Positions 51,233 to 62,680 of a stretch of 64,000 nt of DNA are shown in pieces (the first letter of the stretch is position 1; each line of letters starts with the position of its first letter). The stretch covers positions 480,001 to 544,000 of the forward strand of contig CM000432.1 of the NCBI GenBank assembly GCA_000165345.1, read 5' to 3'. A model generated the notes under the pieces. That model was not told where the DNA came from. It did no database searches and worked only from the letters and a program-made list of their open reading frames with translations. A program made the position numbers and the translations under genes.

Positions 51233-53932
51233 ATGCAATACGTTGATTCATTCTCATCTCGTCAATTATTTGACCTCGTTAAATCAATAGGAGAATGTCG
51301 CTCTAAACATGAAGAAGATAATATTATATTAAATGAATCATCCATGTTGAAGATCAAACTAATTCAAAACTCTTTATCATCCAATAAGCTACGTGAATAT
51401 ATGATAAGAGCAATATATATTGAAATGCTGGGCCATGACGCTTCTTTTGCCTATATTCATGCAATTAAGATGACCAATGATAAGAACGCTTTCGTAAAAA
51501 GGATTGGTTATCTGGCATGTTCTATATTTTTAAATAAAAATCACGAACTTTTGGTTCTACTTGTTAATACACTACAACGAGATCTTAATAGCAGAAATCA
51601 GCTTGATGTGGCATCAGCGCTTTCAAGCCTACCTTATTTATTAAATTTTGAAATATTTTCTTCTATAGAAAACTCACTATTAATGTTATTATCTCATCAA
51701 ACACCGGCAATAAGGCGAAAGGCATATTTAGCTTTAATCTGTGCATTGGAAATAAAGCCAGCAATAATAGAGGAAAACGCCGATATTTTGAATAGGGGGT
51801 TGTGCGATTCAGATATTTCTGTCAAAAATTCAGTATTATATTTGATAGATAAGATCAGTTCATATAATCCAAAGCTATGCATTCCGCTGATACCTCATTT
51901 AACAGCAATAATGAAACAAATATTAGAAAGTAATATCCCCAAAGAATACGATTATTACTTTATTTCTGCCCCATGGACACAAATTAATATTCTGCGTACG
52001 CTTTCGAAAGTCGCTTCTTTTGAAAAAAACACTAATCAGATATATGAAATACTATACAATTTAATAAAGAAAGTTGAATACTCCATCTCTTTGCCATCTT
52101 ATAATGTAAAATCAATGATATATCCTTTAAATACTAGGAATACTAGTAATACAGCTAATATTTCGTACGCAGTACTTGAATCTTGTATAGACACCATCGC
52201 TTCTATTAATCCAAACAATGAATTACTGGATAAAGCTGATGAAATAATTTCGAGATTTTTGAATTCTGATTTAAATTACCTTAAATACATAGGTATCAAG
52301 AGCCTCTCAAAAATCGCTCTAATAGATCCCTCTTATGCAATTCCACACCAAATTGTTGTAGTGGACTGTCTTGAAGATAAAGATGAAACTATTCGTAGAT
52401 GTACGCTTGAATTATTATGTAATATGTCTAATCCTCAGAACATACAAGTTGTAATATCTAAACTCATTAATAATTTGAAGATTTCAACGGACATTCACTT
52501 TTGCAAAGAGCTGGTAAAAAATATACTTTTGTTAAGTGAAAAATTTGCTCCGAGCTATAACTGGTATTTAAATACAATGGTTAGTCTATTTGAACTATCA
52601 GGGGAATTTGTTGGAAAGGATAAAGTCAATAATATTGCACAGATAATTGCAGAAGGTCCAACAGGCAATGATATATCCGATCATGAATTTAGAGTTCATG
52701 CATCAACTCTGTTTTTACAATTGCTTAAAGAAAAGGTGAATATATTACCAGAAATATTGTATAATTTAGGAATTTGGGTTATAGGCGAATATGGTTCATG
52801 CGTAGAAAATGATGTTAATGAAATTAACACGTTGAAAATTCAATATGAAGTTACAGCACTTCTTTACGATATTTTTCAAAAACTAAAAATCTATATTCGT
52901 GTTTGTCAGAGTGACATTAAATGTTCAAATAAATCGCTTGCAAACAGTGTAACTACTTTTAGAACTAATACGAAATTAGAAACTATTTCAATGATTATTA
53001 CAGCACTTTTGAAATCTTATTCTTATACAATTATTTCTTCCAAAAAACTGAGCCTTTCAAAAAACAATACTTGTATTGAAAATGAAATTAACGGGAAATA
53101 CATTATTTTTCTGGAAAAAATGAATGATGTTTACAATCAAATTTTTAAAGATTCTTCTTACATTCCATCTAATCTCATAAATCAAAGAATCAAAGAGTTT
53201 ATTTCAATAATCCATTTAAGTGATCAAACTAATTCCAAATGTATTAATATGGAAAGTGAATATGTAGAATTACTGAGTTGCATTCTACCTTTTGATGCAT
53301 CTTGCGAAGAAATTTATGTAGATAGAGAACTTTCATTTCTAGATGAGCTTGTTACTGAATATAAACTCTCAGAAAAATACATGAATAGAAAAGGTCGTAA
53401 AAATCCTTATTATTCAGCAAAGAACATTAATTTGAGTCAAGGATTGCAAATTACTGAAATGGAAACGATAAAAGAACGAGATCTTATAGAAGTTTTTTCA
53501 AATCCTGAAATGAATTCGGAGCGTGAAATTGAGCAACGTAATATTGAAGTACAAGTTATAAATCACAAAACTCAACAATTGGCCAATCCCTTCACCGAAA
53601 CGAATATTGAAAAGATTCACGGTTCAAACAAAACAAAAACAGTAAGAAACTTGAATTGCACCCTCCGAAATAGTCAAATTAGTATGGATTCATCTAGTAA
53701 TAAAGGCTATAATACAAAAAAATGGAGTCCAGAAGGTTTCGGAAAACACGAAAAACTGCAAACCAGAGGAAGAGATCTGGGATCTAAATTAACCAATAAC
53801 CCTAAAAGCATATTAGTTGAATCAAAAAAAGATTGTCAAAACTTTTCGAGTAAGCAAAGAGAGGCAAACGCTTTGTTTAGCGGTATTTCAAATACTCAAA
53901 AAAAGAAATCACCTTCCATAGTTAATTCCTAG
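51233..53932 (+). CDS. Adaptor-protein complex large subunit (adaptin; closest to the AP-4 epsilon / AP-3 delta type)
   Basis: N-terminal adaptin trunk IRAIYIEMLGHDASFAYIHAIKMTNDKNAFVKRIGYLACSIFL...LLVNTLQRDLNSRNQLDVASALSSL resembles AP4E1 (LGYDVSFG.IHAIKLAQ....EKRVGYLAVSLFL) and the general adaptin motif (MLG.D..F......L......KRIGYL). Confidence 0.7.
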   Translation: MQYVDSFSSRQLFDLVKSIGECRSKHEEDNIILNESSMLKIKLIQNSLSSNKLREYMIRAIYIEMLGHDASFAYIHAIKMTNDKNAFVKRIGYLACSIFLNKNHELLVLLVNTLQRDLNSRNQLDVASALSSLPYLLNFEIFSSIENSLLMLLSHQTPAIRRKAYLALICALEIKPAIIEENADILNRGLCDSDISVKNSVLYLIDKISSYNPKLCIPLIPHLTAIMKQILESNIPKEYDYYFISAPWTQINILRTLSKVASFEKNTNQIYEILYNLIKKVEYSISLPSYNVKSMIYPLNTRNTSNTANISYAVLESCIDTIASINPNNELLDKADEIISRFLNSDLNYLKYIGIKSLSKIALIDPSYAIPHQIVVVDCLEDKDETIRRCTLELLCNMSNPQNIQVVISKLINNLKISTDIHFCKELVKNILLLSEKFAPSYNWYLNTMVSLFELSGEFVGKDKVNNIAQIIAEGPTGNDISDHEFRVHASTLFLQLLKEKVNILPEILYNLGIWVIGEYGSCVENDVNEINTLKIQYEVTALLYDIFQKLKIYIRVCQSDIKCSNKSLANSVTTFRTNTKLETISMIITALLKSYSYTIISSKKLSLSKNNTCIENEINGKYIIFLEKMNDVYNQIFKDSSYIPSNLINQRIKEFISIIHLSDQTNSKCINMESEYVELLSCILPFDASCEEIYVDRELSFLDELVTEYKLSEKYMNRKGRKNPYYSAKNINLSQGLQITEMETIKERDLIEVFSNPEMNSEREIEQRNIEVQVINHKTQQLANPFTETNIEKIHGSNKTKTVRNLNCTLRNSQISMDSSSNKGYNTKKWSPEGFGKHEKLQTRGRDLGSKLTNNPKSILVESKKDCQNFSSKQREANALFSGISNTQKKKSPSIVNS

Positions 53933-53974
53933 TTATATAGCTTTTAAAATAGGCTTGGAAGTCTAATATCAGGA

Positions 53975-54367
53975 TCAAAATTCATAATCATCGTCATCAA
54001 AAACTCCTTTCCTACAGATCTTTATTCTTGAGCTGCTTTTCTCAGTTGTCTCATTCATCATTGAAATCATATTTATAAGTTCGCTCTCCTGTATTTTTCT
54101 ATAAGGAGAATACCCATGATTTCTTGCGGTACGTAATATATAATCCTCAATTTGTAAAACTTTGTCAGGCTTAACTAATGCGATTCTATTTAATCTTTCT
54201 ATCGAACTATTTTCTAAAATTGCTCTCAATGCGCCTCTTTTCTGATCCTCAATTATTCTCTTTTGATCATCGACTTTCTGGTTAAATTCTTGGTTAGTTT
54301 CAATCGGGCCAACGTTATTACTTCCGTTTTTTCCAGAATTGAATTCATTTGGGTCGCTAATATTCAT
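53975..54367 (-). CDS. PDCD5: Programmed cell death protein 5 (PDCD5/TFAR19; dsDNA-binding domain)
   Basis: ILENSSIERLNRIALVKPDKVLQIEDYILRTARNHGYS...SELINMISMMNETTEKSSSRIKICRKGVFDDDDYEF is collinear with PDCD5 ([24 protein letters not shown]...VENYLIQMAR.GQL...). Confidence 0.75.
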   Translation of the reverse strand: MNISDPNEFNSGKNGSNNVGPIETNQEFNQKVDDQKRIIEDQKRGALRAILENSSIERLNRIALVKPDKVLQIEDYILRTARNHGYSPYRKIQESELINMISMMNETTEKSSSRIKICRKGVFDDDDYEF

Positions 54368-54862
54368 TATTTTGGTGTTTAATTATTATATCTATTATAA
54401 TTTTTTGCAACGTATAAGTTCTAAAGTTTATTTGCTGCAATTATAGCGGTATAAAAAATTCTTGAAAATATTTCGATTTCATTCAAAAATTATAATAGTA
54501 ATTTTGTGCTAAAAAAATTGCTGCTTTGGGATAAGCTTAATTGCGATTTTTTGTAGTAAAATTTATTCACTACTTGCCATAAATCAAAATACAATATAAT
54601 TCATAATAGAAATAAATACGAACTAAATTGAACTTCTATTCATTTACTTTAGTATAATATTAATTTCGTTTAGTATATATAATATATACATATATATATT
54701 CATATATAATAGCAGTCTTCATTATTTCGCCCCACACTTGCCGCTTTAAAAAATTGCTATTTTGCTTTTGGCTATGAAATAATAAGAATGAAAGATAGTA
54801 GATTCTTCAACTCTTCATGAAATTTATTCTACGATAATAATAGTAATGTAAATATATGAGAT

Positions 54863-56518
54863 ATGGGAAACACATTGAACTTTGATAATGAAGAACAACT
54901 GGTATTATTAACAACTCATTCTAACCCTTTATTACCACTGAAAAGGTCACATTCTAATTTGGATTTGAATAGCGGACTATCGTCTAGGACGGATTCTTTG
55001 CAATGCATATCTAGCTCTAAAGTTGAAAATTCTATTTCCAATGTACTTTTTAATATTTCGGAAAGAATTTCGAAAACGAATGGAATCATTTACTTTTTTT
55101 CTAAGATGGAGAAGAAAGAAATAGGACTGGATCATTCAGATCAAGAAACTTTTTGTGAATCAAATTACGTTTTTGAAATAATGGATCTCAAGGAAAAAAG
55201 AGCTCAGAAAGAGTCGAATGTCATTGAATCAAATGGCTTTGGCTTTGGAGTTCGCACAATTAATGGGGCAGAAAGAAATCTAAGTCATGAAAGTGGATTT
55301 GGGTTTGAAAAAAAAGAATCAATTGAAAGTTCTGAAATTTCAAAGATCGAAATTGATATTCCTGAGATCCAAAATTCAGTTTCTATGTTCGGAAATAATA
55401 TTGCAAATATGTTAAAAAGTATTCGTGTAACGAGTAAAAAATTTGTTATATTTGGTAATAAGAACAACCACAAACCATTTTTAAGCCCTGGAATTATTGA
55501 CTCATTTTTACCATATATTTTGGATGAAACTCTATTATCCTGTTTCCTGGTTTGTCCCCATTGGCTACTCACGATAACCGAATTCATCAATGAATATTAT
55601 TGCAAATCTATTGATAATCAGTTTAGAGAAACTTACAGAAAATATCTTGATTTAGAGCATACAACTATTACCATACAGCCAGTTCTAACTGTTGGTGGAA
55701 GCGTACGTATAGATCGAGTTTTATACGCTAAAGTGTTAAAAAATTGCGTAAACAAAACCTCTTGCCTAACTTACAACTTTAAGTACAAAAATACTTCTAT
55801 AATAAAAGATTGTCTAAAAAAAGAGAACATCTCTCAGAGAAACTCTCTTTGTCCAATAATCAAACCATTAATTAACAAACCTTATTTGTACTCTCAAATT
55901 TCAAATACTCCGTTCATTTCTTGCTACAAATTCGTGGCTAATAAAACAGGTACTAAAAGAATACAATGGGCGCATAAGGATTTATCTAGATGCCATTGTG
56001 AAGAGGTTGCAGTTGCTCAAACTACTACTACATCAAATGTAAATGTTGGAGATCGTATTGAAATTGCAATAAATTTGAGTAATTCTTTTGGTATTGTTGA
56101 TATTGAATCAATTCACTTCCTGCCATTACAATTTGAAATAGCTAGTCCTGAAAAGTGTGAAATTGAAGATATATACACTTCTGGGGCAGATTGGAGATTT
56201 TATAATAGTGATGACGGGGACATTACTGAGTACTTTAATGTTCCAAATCTACTACCGCAATTTAAGGTAACTTCGCTAGAATATGCAGGGACAGATATAA
56301 TCACTTGTAAAATTACGTATAAAGCTATTTCTTCAGGGCTTTTAGCTAATTCAAAAGAACACTTCGGAGTTGATATATCTGTCGTACCAAGAGAATATGC
56401 GATCATTTCTGCATTGAAAAGAAAAGGACTCCAGCATGATCGATATAGCCCGCTTCAAATGAGGGTCGATGATCAACTAGTTTTGTACATCTCAAAAGGC
56501 GGAGCAATTCCTACATAG
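54863..56518 (+). CDS. Hypothetical protein with possible F-box-like motif
   Basis: 551 aa. LSPGIIDSFLPYILDETLLSCFLVCPHWLLTI loosely fits the F-box pattern (LP.EIL..I...L....L.....VCK.W). Otherwise unrecognised. Confidence 0.35.
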   Translation: MGNTLNFDNEEQLVLLTTHSNPLLPLKRSHSNLDLNSGLSSRTDSLQCISSSKVENSISNVLFNISERISKTNGIIYFFSKMEKKEIGLDHSDQETFCESNYVFEIMDLKEKRAQKESNVIESNGFGFGVRTINGAERNLSHESGFGFEKKESIESSEISKIEIDIPEIQNSVSMFGNNIANMLKSIRVTSKKFVIFGNKNNHKPFLSPGIIDSFLPYILDETLLSCFLVCPHWLLTITEFINEYYCKSIDNQFRETYRKYLDLEHTTITIQPVLTVGGSVRIDRVLYAKVLKNCVNKTSCLTYNFKYKNTSIIKDCLKKENISQRNSLCPIIKPLINKPYLYSQISNTPFISCYKFVANKTGTKRIQWAHKDLSRCHCEEVAVAQTTTTSNVNVGDRIEIAINLSNSFGIVDIESIHFLPLQFEIASPEKCEIEDIYTSGADWRFYNSDDGDITEYFNVPNLLPQFKVTSLEYAGTDIITCKITYKAISSGLLANSKEHFGVDISVVPREYAIISALKRKGLQHDRYSPLQMRVDDQLVLYISKGGAIPT

Positions 56519-56582
56519 TTATTTGATATACTAATCGCTAATGAAGGTCTATTAATTAATTTTCTTTGATGCATTTTAACAG

Positions 56583-59500
56583 TTATTTATCTCCATCGAT
56601 ATTTTTTATTAGTTCACTAAGTGATAATAGTTTATTATAGTATTGGTTATCTCTGTCGTGGTTTTTGCATGCATTTACGAAGTACAAAAACCATCTTTGA
56701 AATAGTAAATAACAATCGTTAGAATTAATGAAATGGTGTTCCCAGAGCATCGTTTTGTATGGAGCTTCTATGGTTATATAAAAGCTAACTTCATTTTTGC
56801 AAAGTTTATTTTGAATAAATTGAAATAGATCATTAATTTGTATTTTTGGAGAATTTTTTAATTCATTTTGATCTTTTTTATCGTTTGAAATATTTATACT
56901 GAAATGAAAGGGGTTTAAGAGCCAAAACCTCTCAATAAAAAGTTTTTTTGTTTTTGTATCGACTAATGAGCAAATTTCTGCATCATTAATAATTTCATAT
57001 ATAGTATTTATTTCAGTACTTGAAATAGAAGGGTCCTTAATACTTGGCAAAACTACTCTCAATAGTAAACCATGAATAATATCATTAGGAATAGATGCAA
57101 ACAAAGAATTCTTATCATTCATGTAACTAACCGTCTCTGCAAACACTTCGTTTTCACCTTTCATATTCGGATTATCAAATCGATTATAAACCTTTGGATA
57201 TGTATGTAAAAGCCCAAAAATAGATTTGAGAAATATTTTATTGATCCAGTCAGAAGAAAAAGATGTTTCCAATAACCTTATTGATAAATTAATACATGAA
57301 GGAAGTGAAGGGGCTATTATTTGGCTATTTAACGAGATATCAGGATTTTTTTTAGTTTGGGCATGATGCGAATGATAGTATGATAGACCATTAATACTAT
57401 AATGAATAAGTGGGTTGGCTGAAAAACTTTCTTGTTTAATTGTTGGCTTGACTCCTGTAAAAAATAAAGAAGTAGAAACAATTCTAACAAATTTCAAGGT
57501 CAATATATCAGAATAGTTTTGATATTTTAATGCAGAAATCGAATTAATATAACCAATTAATTCGTTTCTTATTGACTTCAGCAATTCGTTCCGTGTAGAT
57601 TTTTTCTTTTCGCATTCATTATTTTGAAAAGTAAAATTTGATTTTTGAGACGATATTGAAAGCTCTAGATACCTGTCAATTAATGGAAGAAATGTAGAAA
57701 AAACTGTGTTGTGAAGTCTGGGAATATTGCTATCAATTGCTGATGAGACATGGCAAAAAGTCGTTTGTTGGAAAGATACATCAATTTTTTTTTTATCTTT
57801 TAAATCCATCAGTTGTGTAATATTTGGCGAATACGAGCAGTCGCCTGCATCAATTATTTGAGGGTTTTCCTTAATTTGAGCTTTGTTTAAATTGAATGTA
57901 GTTAATAAATTCAGTAAAGTATCAAACCTAATTGCAAAGCTAACCTGATTATTTTCTATATTATTTTGTATAGTAGCTGCATCATTGATATTTTTTCTAT
58001 ATCTTTTTCTTGGAATAGTAGATAAACTATTATTTTTAGAATTTAGATCATTTGAAATAATCTTTCTAAATGGTGAAATTGATCTTGAAGCAGATTTTCC
58101 AATAAATTGATTGTTGATACTACTTGTAGCGACTGAACTTGAAATTGAATTTGTACTAGAATTTGTTAAGAACGAAGAATTTCTAAGAAGTGAATTTTTG
58201 TTTTTAAATGATAAAAAAGGAGAATTCAGCCCTAGTGATATAAGAGCAATGGGGATCTTTCTTCTTTGAGGATTTAGAACTAGCATTGCATCCATTGATG
58301 AGTGAAACATAGTTAGAATAGATGTTTCAAGAATAAACTCCGAACAAATGAATAGAAAATGGGGTTCTGAAAATATAAAAGATATGTCAGATAGATCATC
58401 TTTTGACTTAATTATTAATGTTGAAGAAATATTAACTAATGATTCTTGACTTTTATTTGATGAAAAGCCATCCCTTAATATATTTCCAACAATATGTATA
58501 CAGGGCCAAGCGATTGGATCGCACTCAGATATTGCCAATGGGCTTAATGCTTCGAAGTTTGATAATTCAGTTTGATTGGATTTTTCTGGGTTAAATTCAT
58601 TATTATTATTCATTAAATTGGATTTCTCATTTTCTATTAGCTTTTTTTCTTCTTCTTCGCTCCTATTCAATTTGTTATTGAAGTGGAATATTCTTAATGC
58701 AACGAAAATTCTCAATGAAGATAGATAGGGCTCTCCTGAAAAGTTATTCAATCTTTGTTCGTTTAATTTAGAAATTATTTGCTTTTTATCTCCTAGTAAA
58801 AAACTGTTTTCCTGCTTACAGCCGATATTATTGGGAGCATTTTTTCTATGAAATTCTTCAGCATTACTGAAATCCCCTTCTAATCTAGAACCATTTAATA
58901 ACTTATTCGTCGGGATTTTGCTGGTTTTATTATTTTGAGAAATAGAATTAGTTTGTGAGGGAAAATGAATATGTGGATTCGTAGAATTTGAGTTGATAGA
59001 ATTATTTGTATTGTTGGAGCATACGGGAATTTGATTAACGCATGTAATTAAGTCAGTTTGTGCTGCTTGAATGTCAATATTATGAGAAAGAGAGTCAATA
59101 TAAAGCTGCCTTAACGTATTTACAAAATAAATATATAGCTCTTTGTAGTTCCCAATACAATAAGAAATATATGCAACGATTCTACCTAGTCTTAAAATGT
59201 TCCCACAAATGGTCATGTTACAGCACGAAGAGTTAATTGTAGAATTATTACTTAAATCAGTATTTATTGATCTGCCATTTATTAATGGATTTGAGTGTAA
59301 CGAATGGCTTGATACATTGTTAATTTTAGGTATGCTGGATATATTGTGAATTGCGGAGCAAACATTTGTACTAATTGATGCACTTAAAGAATTTTCAGGT
59401 AACAATAGTTCATCTTTCTGAAGTTTAATAAAGCTTTTATAGAAATCTCCAGAGTCCATAAAATTAAATGCTAGAGACTTACAAGACTCTCCGAGGCGTT

Positions 59501-60548
59501 CAATGTTTTCGTGTTCAATCTCAACACATGAAACATAAAGAGATTGGATTCTTGAAACAAAAGTATAAATAGAATCAATAGAATTCGTTTGTTGAGAAAA
59601 TTTTCTTTCATACAGACTGCAGCACTCGTTTCTTTTAACAAATTCAAAAAAGAAGCTATCAATTTCAGTTTTTAAATCTGATCCAGCATTTCCCCTTGAG
59701 TCAATTTTAGCAGATCTTAGAAATTCCCTAATAAGTTCAAAAGAAGAGTTTTGATCATTGGAGTTTCTTGGATTTGAAATATTAAAAATTGAATAGTAAT
59801 CTACACTTGAGAAAATTTTTGTAAAGAGAATAACAAGTGGAATAATTTCATATACAAACCACCTCGGTCTTCTAAGCCACATTTGCTGACGCAATTTAAT
59901 CGGAGCTAATTTATAAAAAGAAAGAAATCTTGGAAATAAATAAAGATCTGGAGTGGTAATTTCTTTGATAACCTTATCAGATAAACGGTTAAATTTAGTT
60001 AAAAGTGCAATTACTGATTCAACTAAATGAGGAACATTAATCATTTTAACACATTTTAGAGCTAAATCATCAAACTTTGTGTACGTTCTATAATCAAGGA
60101 TTTTTTTATTTTTTAATTTTGAGATGAATATTTTCGAAAGCAACTCGAATAAATCTCTATAAGTTTTATTTTTTTTGATTCCACATAATTTTGTAAAATC
60201 TACCAGTTCCATAACAAAAGTGTTTTTAATTTCGTTTTCCTTTCTCCAGTCTGAAAGAATCCGAGAAATATTCGGTATGCTGAGGTTGTAAATTTGGCTA
60301 GATTGAATGCTCGCCTCTAAAAAAGTTTTCAGCTTTTGTCTCCCAATTGGTCCACTATTAATTGTTTCATTGCAGTTAAATATTGGGTCTGAACAACTTA
60401 CACTATTAATAGGAACTCTATTTCCCATGCTCCAAGGGAATATAACTTTTGAGTTGCATAGCTCCTCATTGTACAAGTTAATACTATTTGTTTCCTTATG
60501 CCAAGTTGAAATACAACATGTCTGGTCAAGTTCTTGATTTAATGGCAT
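56583..60548 (-). CDS. Hypothetical large protein (1321 aa), S/N-rich with helical regions
   Basis: Single long ORF. No family recognised. Contains low-complexity N/S tracts. Confidence 0.4.
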   Translation of the reverse strand: MPLNQELDQTCCISTWHKETNSINLYNEELCNSKVIFPWSMGNRVPINSVSCSDPIFNCNETINSGPIGRQKLKTFLEASIQSSQIYNLSIPNISRILSDWRKENEIKNTFVMELVDFTKLCGIKKNKTYRDLFELLSKIFISKLKNKKILDYRTYTKFDDLALKCVKMINVPHLVESVIALLTKFNRLSDKVIKEITTPDLYLFPRFLSFYKLAPIKLRQQMWLRRPRWFVYEIIPLVILFTKIFSSVDYYSIFNISNPRNSNDQNSSFELIREFLRSAKIDSRGNAGSDLKTEIDSFFFEFVKRNECCSLYERKFSQQTNSIDSIYTFVSRIQSLYVSCVEIEHENIERLGESCKSLAFNFMDSGDFYKSFIKLQKDELLLPENSLSASISTNVCSAIHNISSIPKINNVSSHSLHSNPLINGRSINTDLSNNSTINSSCCNMTICGNILRLGRIVAYISYCIGNYKELYIYFVNTLRQLYIDSLSHNIDIQAAQTDLITCVNQIPVCSNNTNNSINSNSTNPHIHFPSQTNSISQNNKTSKIPTNKLLNGSRLEGDFSNAEEFHRKNAPNNIGCKQENSFLLGDKKQIISKLNEQRLNNFSGEPYLSSLRIFVALRIFHFNNKLNRSEEEEKKLIENEKSNLMNNNNEFNPEKSNQTELSNFEALSPLAISECDPIAWPCIHIVGNILRDGFSSNKSQESLVNISSTLIIKSKDDLSDISFIFSEPHFLFICSEFILETSILTMFHSSMDAMLVLNPQRRKIPIALISLGLNSPFLSFKNKNSLLRNSSFLTNSSTNSISSSVATSSINNQFIGKSASRSISPFRKIISNDLNSKNNSLSTIPRKRYRKNINDAATIQNNIENNQVSFAIRFDTLLNLLTTFNLNKAQIKENPQIIDAGDCSYSPNITQLMDLKDKKKIDVSFQQTTFCHVSSAIDSNIPRLHNTVFSTFLPLIDRYLELSISSQKSNFTFQNNECEKKKSTRNELLKSIRNELIGYINSISALKYQNYSDILTLKFVRIVSTSLFFTGVKPTIKQESFSANPLIHYSINGLSYYHSHHAQTKKNPDISLNSQIIAPSLPSCINLSIRLLETSFSSDWINKIFLKSIFGLLHTYPKVYNRFDNPNMKGENEVFAETVSYMNDKNSLFASIPNDIIHGLLLRVVLPSIKDPSISSTEINTIYEIINDAEICSLVDTKTKKLFIERFWLLNPFHFSINISNDKKDQNELKNSPKIQINDLFQFIQNKLCKNEVSFYITIEAPYKTMLWEHHFINSNDCYLLFQRWFLYFVNACKNHDRDNQYYNKLLSLSELIKNIDGDK

Positions 60549-60838
60549 CTTAAAATTTAGAAATTTTACATTTTTAAACTAAAAATGCCTGGTTTTTCAA
60601 AATATAAGTTAATTCAAAGTATTTTCAATTTTTTCAGCTTTTTCTTTTATTGTTTTTTAATTCGAATCTTAAAGCGCAGTGTTATTCTCGACCCTCATTA
60701 ATAATTAATGCAAAATATTCTAAAGAATCAAAATTAAAGTAATAATATATAAATATATATATTAATTACAAAATTTTATTATGAAAGGTACATTCATTAT
60801 TAAGCGAACCTATTCAAAAAGAAAGCAGATACTGAATA

Positions 60839-61765
60839 ATGGAATCGATTAAATTGCGACCTAACAAGATAAATTTGTCCGAATTCATTTTAAGAGAAAT
60901 AAAAATTCATAATAGGAATATTGTAGTTATTACAAGTGGCGGAACTTATGTTCCTTTAGAGAAAAACATGGTAAGATATATAGACAATTTCAGCACAGGT
61001 ACAAGAGGTGCGCAATCAGCTGAATACTTTCTAAAATCTGGATTTAGCGTGATATTTTTTCACAGGAAAGGTAGTCATATACCGTTCACAATTGATTGCC
61101 CATCGAAATATGATATGTTAATGGCAATAGCGAATAATATTGTTAGTTTAAATGGAGATCATTTTAACTTGTTAATAAATGAGCGATTTAAGAAAGTCAT
61201 CGAAGCATCACAAAATCTAACAAAATATTCAGATAGAATGTTTCTCATGGAATTTGGTTCAGTCCATGAATACTTCAATGGAGTTGACTACATTACTTCT
61301 CATTGTACTGAATTTCCTGGCAATTTTATATTCTTCTTAGCAGCAGCTGTTTCAGATTTCTATATTCCAGAGAATCTGTTACCCAAGAATAAGATATCGT
61401 CTAGCTCCGGTATATCTTTGGACTTGGAAAATGAACCTAAAACTCCTAGTATTACGTTAGAATTATATTCAACGCCAAAATATGCTCGATATATTCGAAA
61501 CAAATTACCTCTTTGCTTTCTTGTTTTATTTAAGCTTGAGACCGAATATGAAATATTATTTAAAAAATCAGATAATCTCTTGAAGATTTGCGATGCCAAC
61601 GTAATTTGTGCAAATTTGTTACAGGATCGAAGAGATCACGTAATCATTCTTACTGCAAATTCAAAAACTGAGATTAAAAAAATGTCTGGCCCTATTGAAG
61701 AGGCAATCGTTTCTAATATAATATCATTATACGAGAATTACTCTTTAAATAATACGCGATATTAA
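60839..61765 (+). CDS. PPCS: Phosphopantothenoylcysteine synthetase (PPCS, CoA biosynthesis)
   Basis: IVVITSGGTYVPLEKNMVRYIDNFSTGTRGAQSAEYFLKSGFSVIFFHRKGS aligns with human PPCS ([52 protein letters not shown]). Confidence 0.85.
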   Translation: MESIKLRPNKINLSEFILREIKIHNRNIVVITSGGTYVPLEKNMVRYIDNFSTGTRGAQSAEYFLKSGFSVIFFHRKGSHIPFTIDCPSKYDMLMAIANNIVSLNGDHFNLLINERFKKVIEASQNLTKYSDRMFLMEFGSVHEYFNGVDYITSHCTEFPGNFIFFLAAAVSDFYIPENLLPKNKISSSSGISLDLENEPKTPSITLELYSTPKYARYIRNKLPLCFLVLFKLETEYEILFKKSDNLLKICDANVICANLLQDRRDHVIILTANSKTEIKKMSGPIEEAIVSNIISLYENYSLNNTRY

Positions 61766-62680
61766 TGTTTAAGAGATATTCCATTATCTAGTCAAATTAA
61801 TTGCTTTAACCTCTTTACATTCAAATTAAAACTAATATAAATTCATTTGTGCTAATTTATTTTCAAAAAAATTAAATTTTGGCTGCAATATGTCATTTTA
61901 CGTTCGTGACTATTACATAAAGATTTAAAGTATTTCTTTTTCTCTTCAGTACTATTACCATGTTGCAAAGAATACGGTATAGTGATATTTAGATCTAATT
62001 GTTCTCCAGAAAATCTCTTTAATAAGATCCGCAAAAATGATGAAAAGAAAAAAAAATCGAGTAATTTTATGTTTTGAAAATGCCAAAAAATATTCGAGCT
62101 CTTTGTTTTTTATATAGTTTGATTCCACTATAAAATAACTTATTTTTGGTGAAAACGCACTTGAAGTTATCCTATAAAGTTTATTTTTTTATCTCAAAAT
62201 TATTTCTATTACCATGTCTTTGTGAATTAATTATTTTGAAAACAGTAACTTAATTTATTATTTTTTTTAAATCTATTGTTGTATCTTACAAATACCAAGA
62301 GATATTTTTAATCTGGAAATTTTCTCAAAATATTTTTTTTTGGATTATGCATCAGGAAATTCAATAGTAAAGTTGTATATCAAAAATTTCCTAAATGAAA
62401 TTGTTGATTGCAATCACTCCAAACAATTTAACGAAAGTTTCTGAGTAACTGCAATACATAGGGGTAAAATGTTTAAAAGACGTGCGAACAACAGTTCAAA
62501 ATTTATCTAAAAACCCTCAAATGTAGATTCCTTAAGCATCCTCAACAATCGATCTATCGTGCCGTTTTGACTGCTCAACACTAATACTCAGTTTTCGAAA
62601 AGAACGCTAACGAAAAAAAAATCCCTATGAGTAGAGATAAACCTAAAGATCGATAAGTTAGACACCAGCTCCTAACTAGA

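Noticed and set aside
61766-62680. 900-bp gap between PPCS and P0 (ORFs 61852..62034 and others) inspected for ncRNA (5S, snRNA) or a missed gene
   Set aside because: It is a convergent 3' region. The short ORF is K-rich junk. No recognisable snRNA/5S boxes or Sm sites were seen. No feature can be supported.
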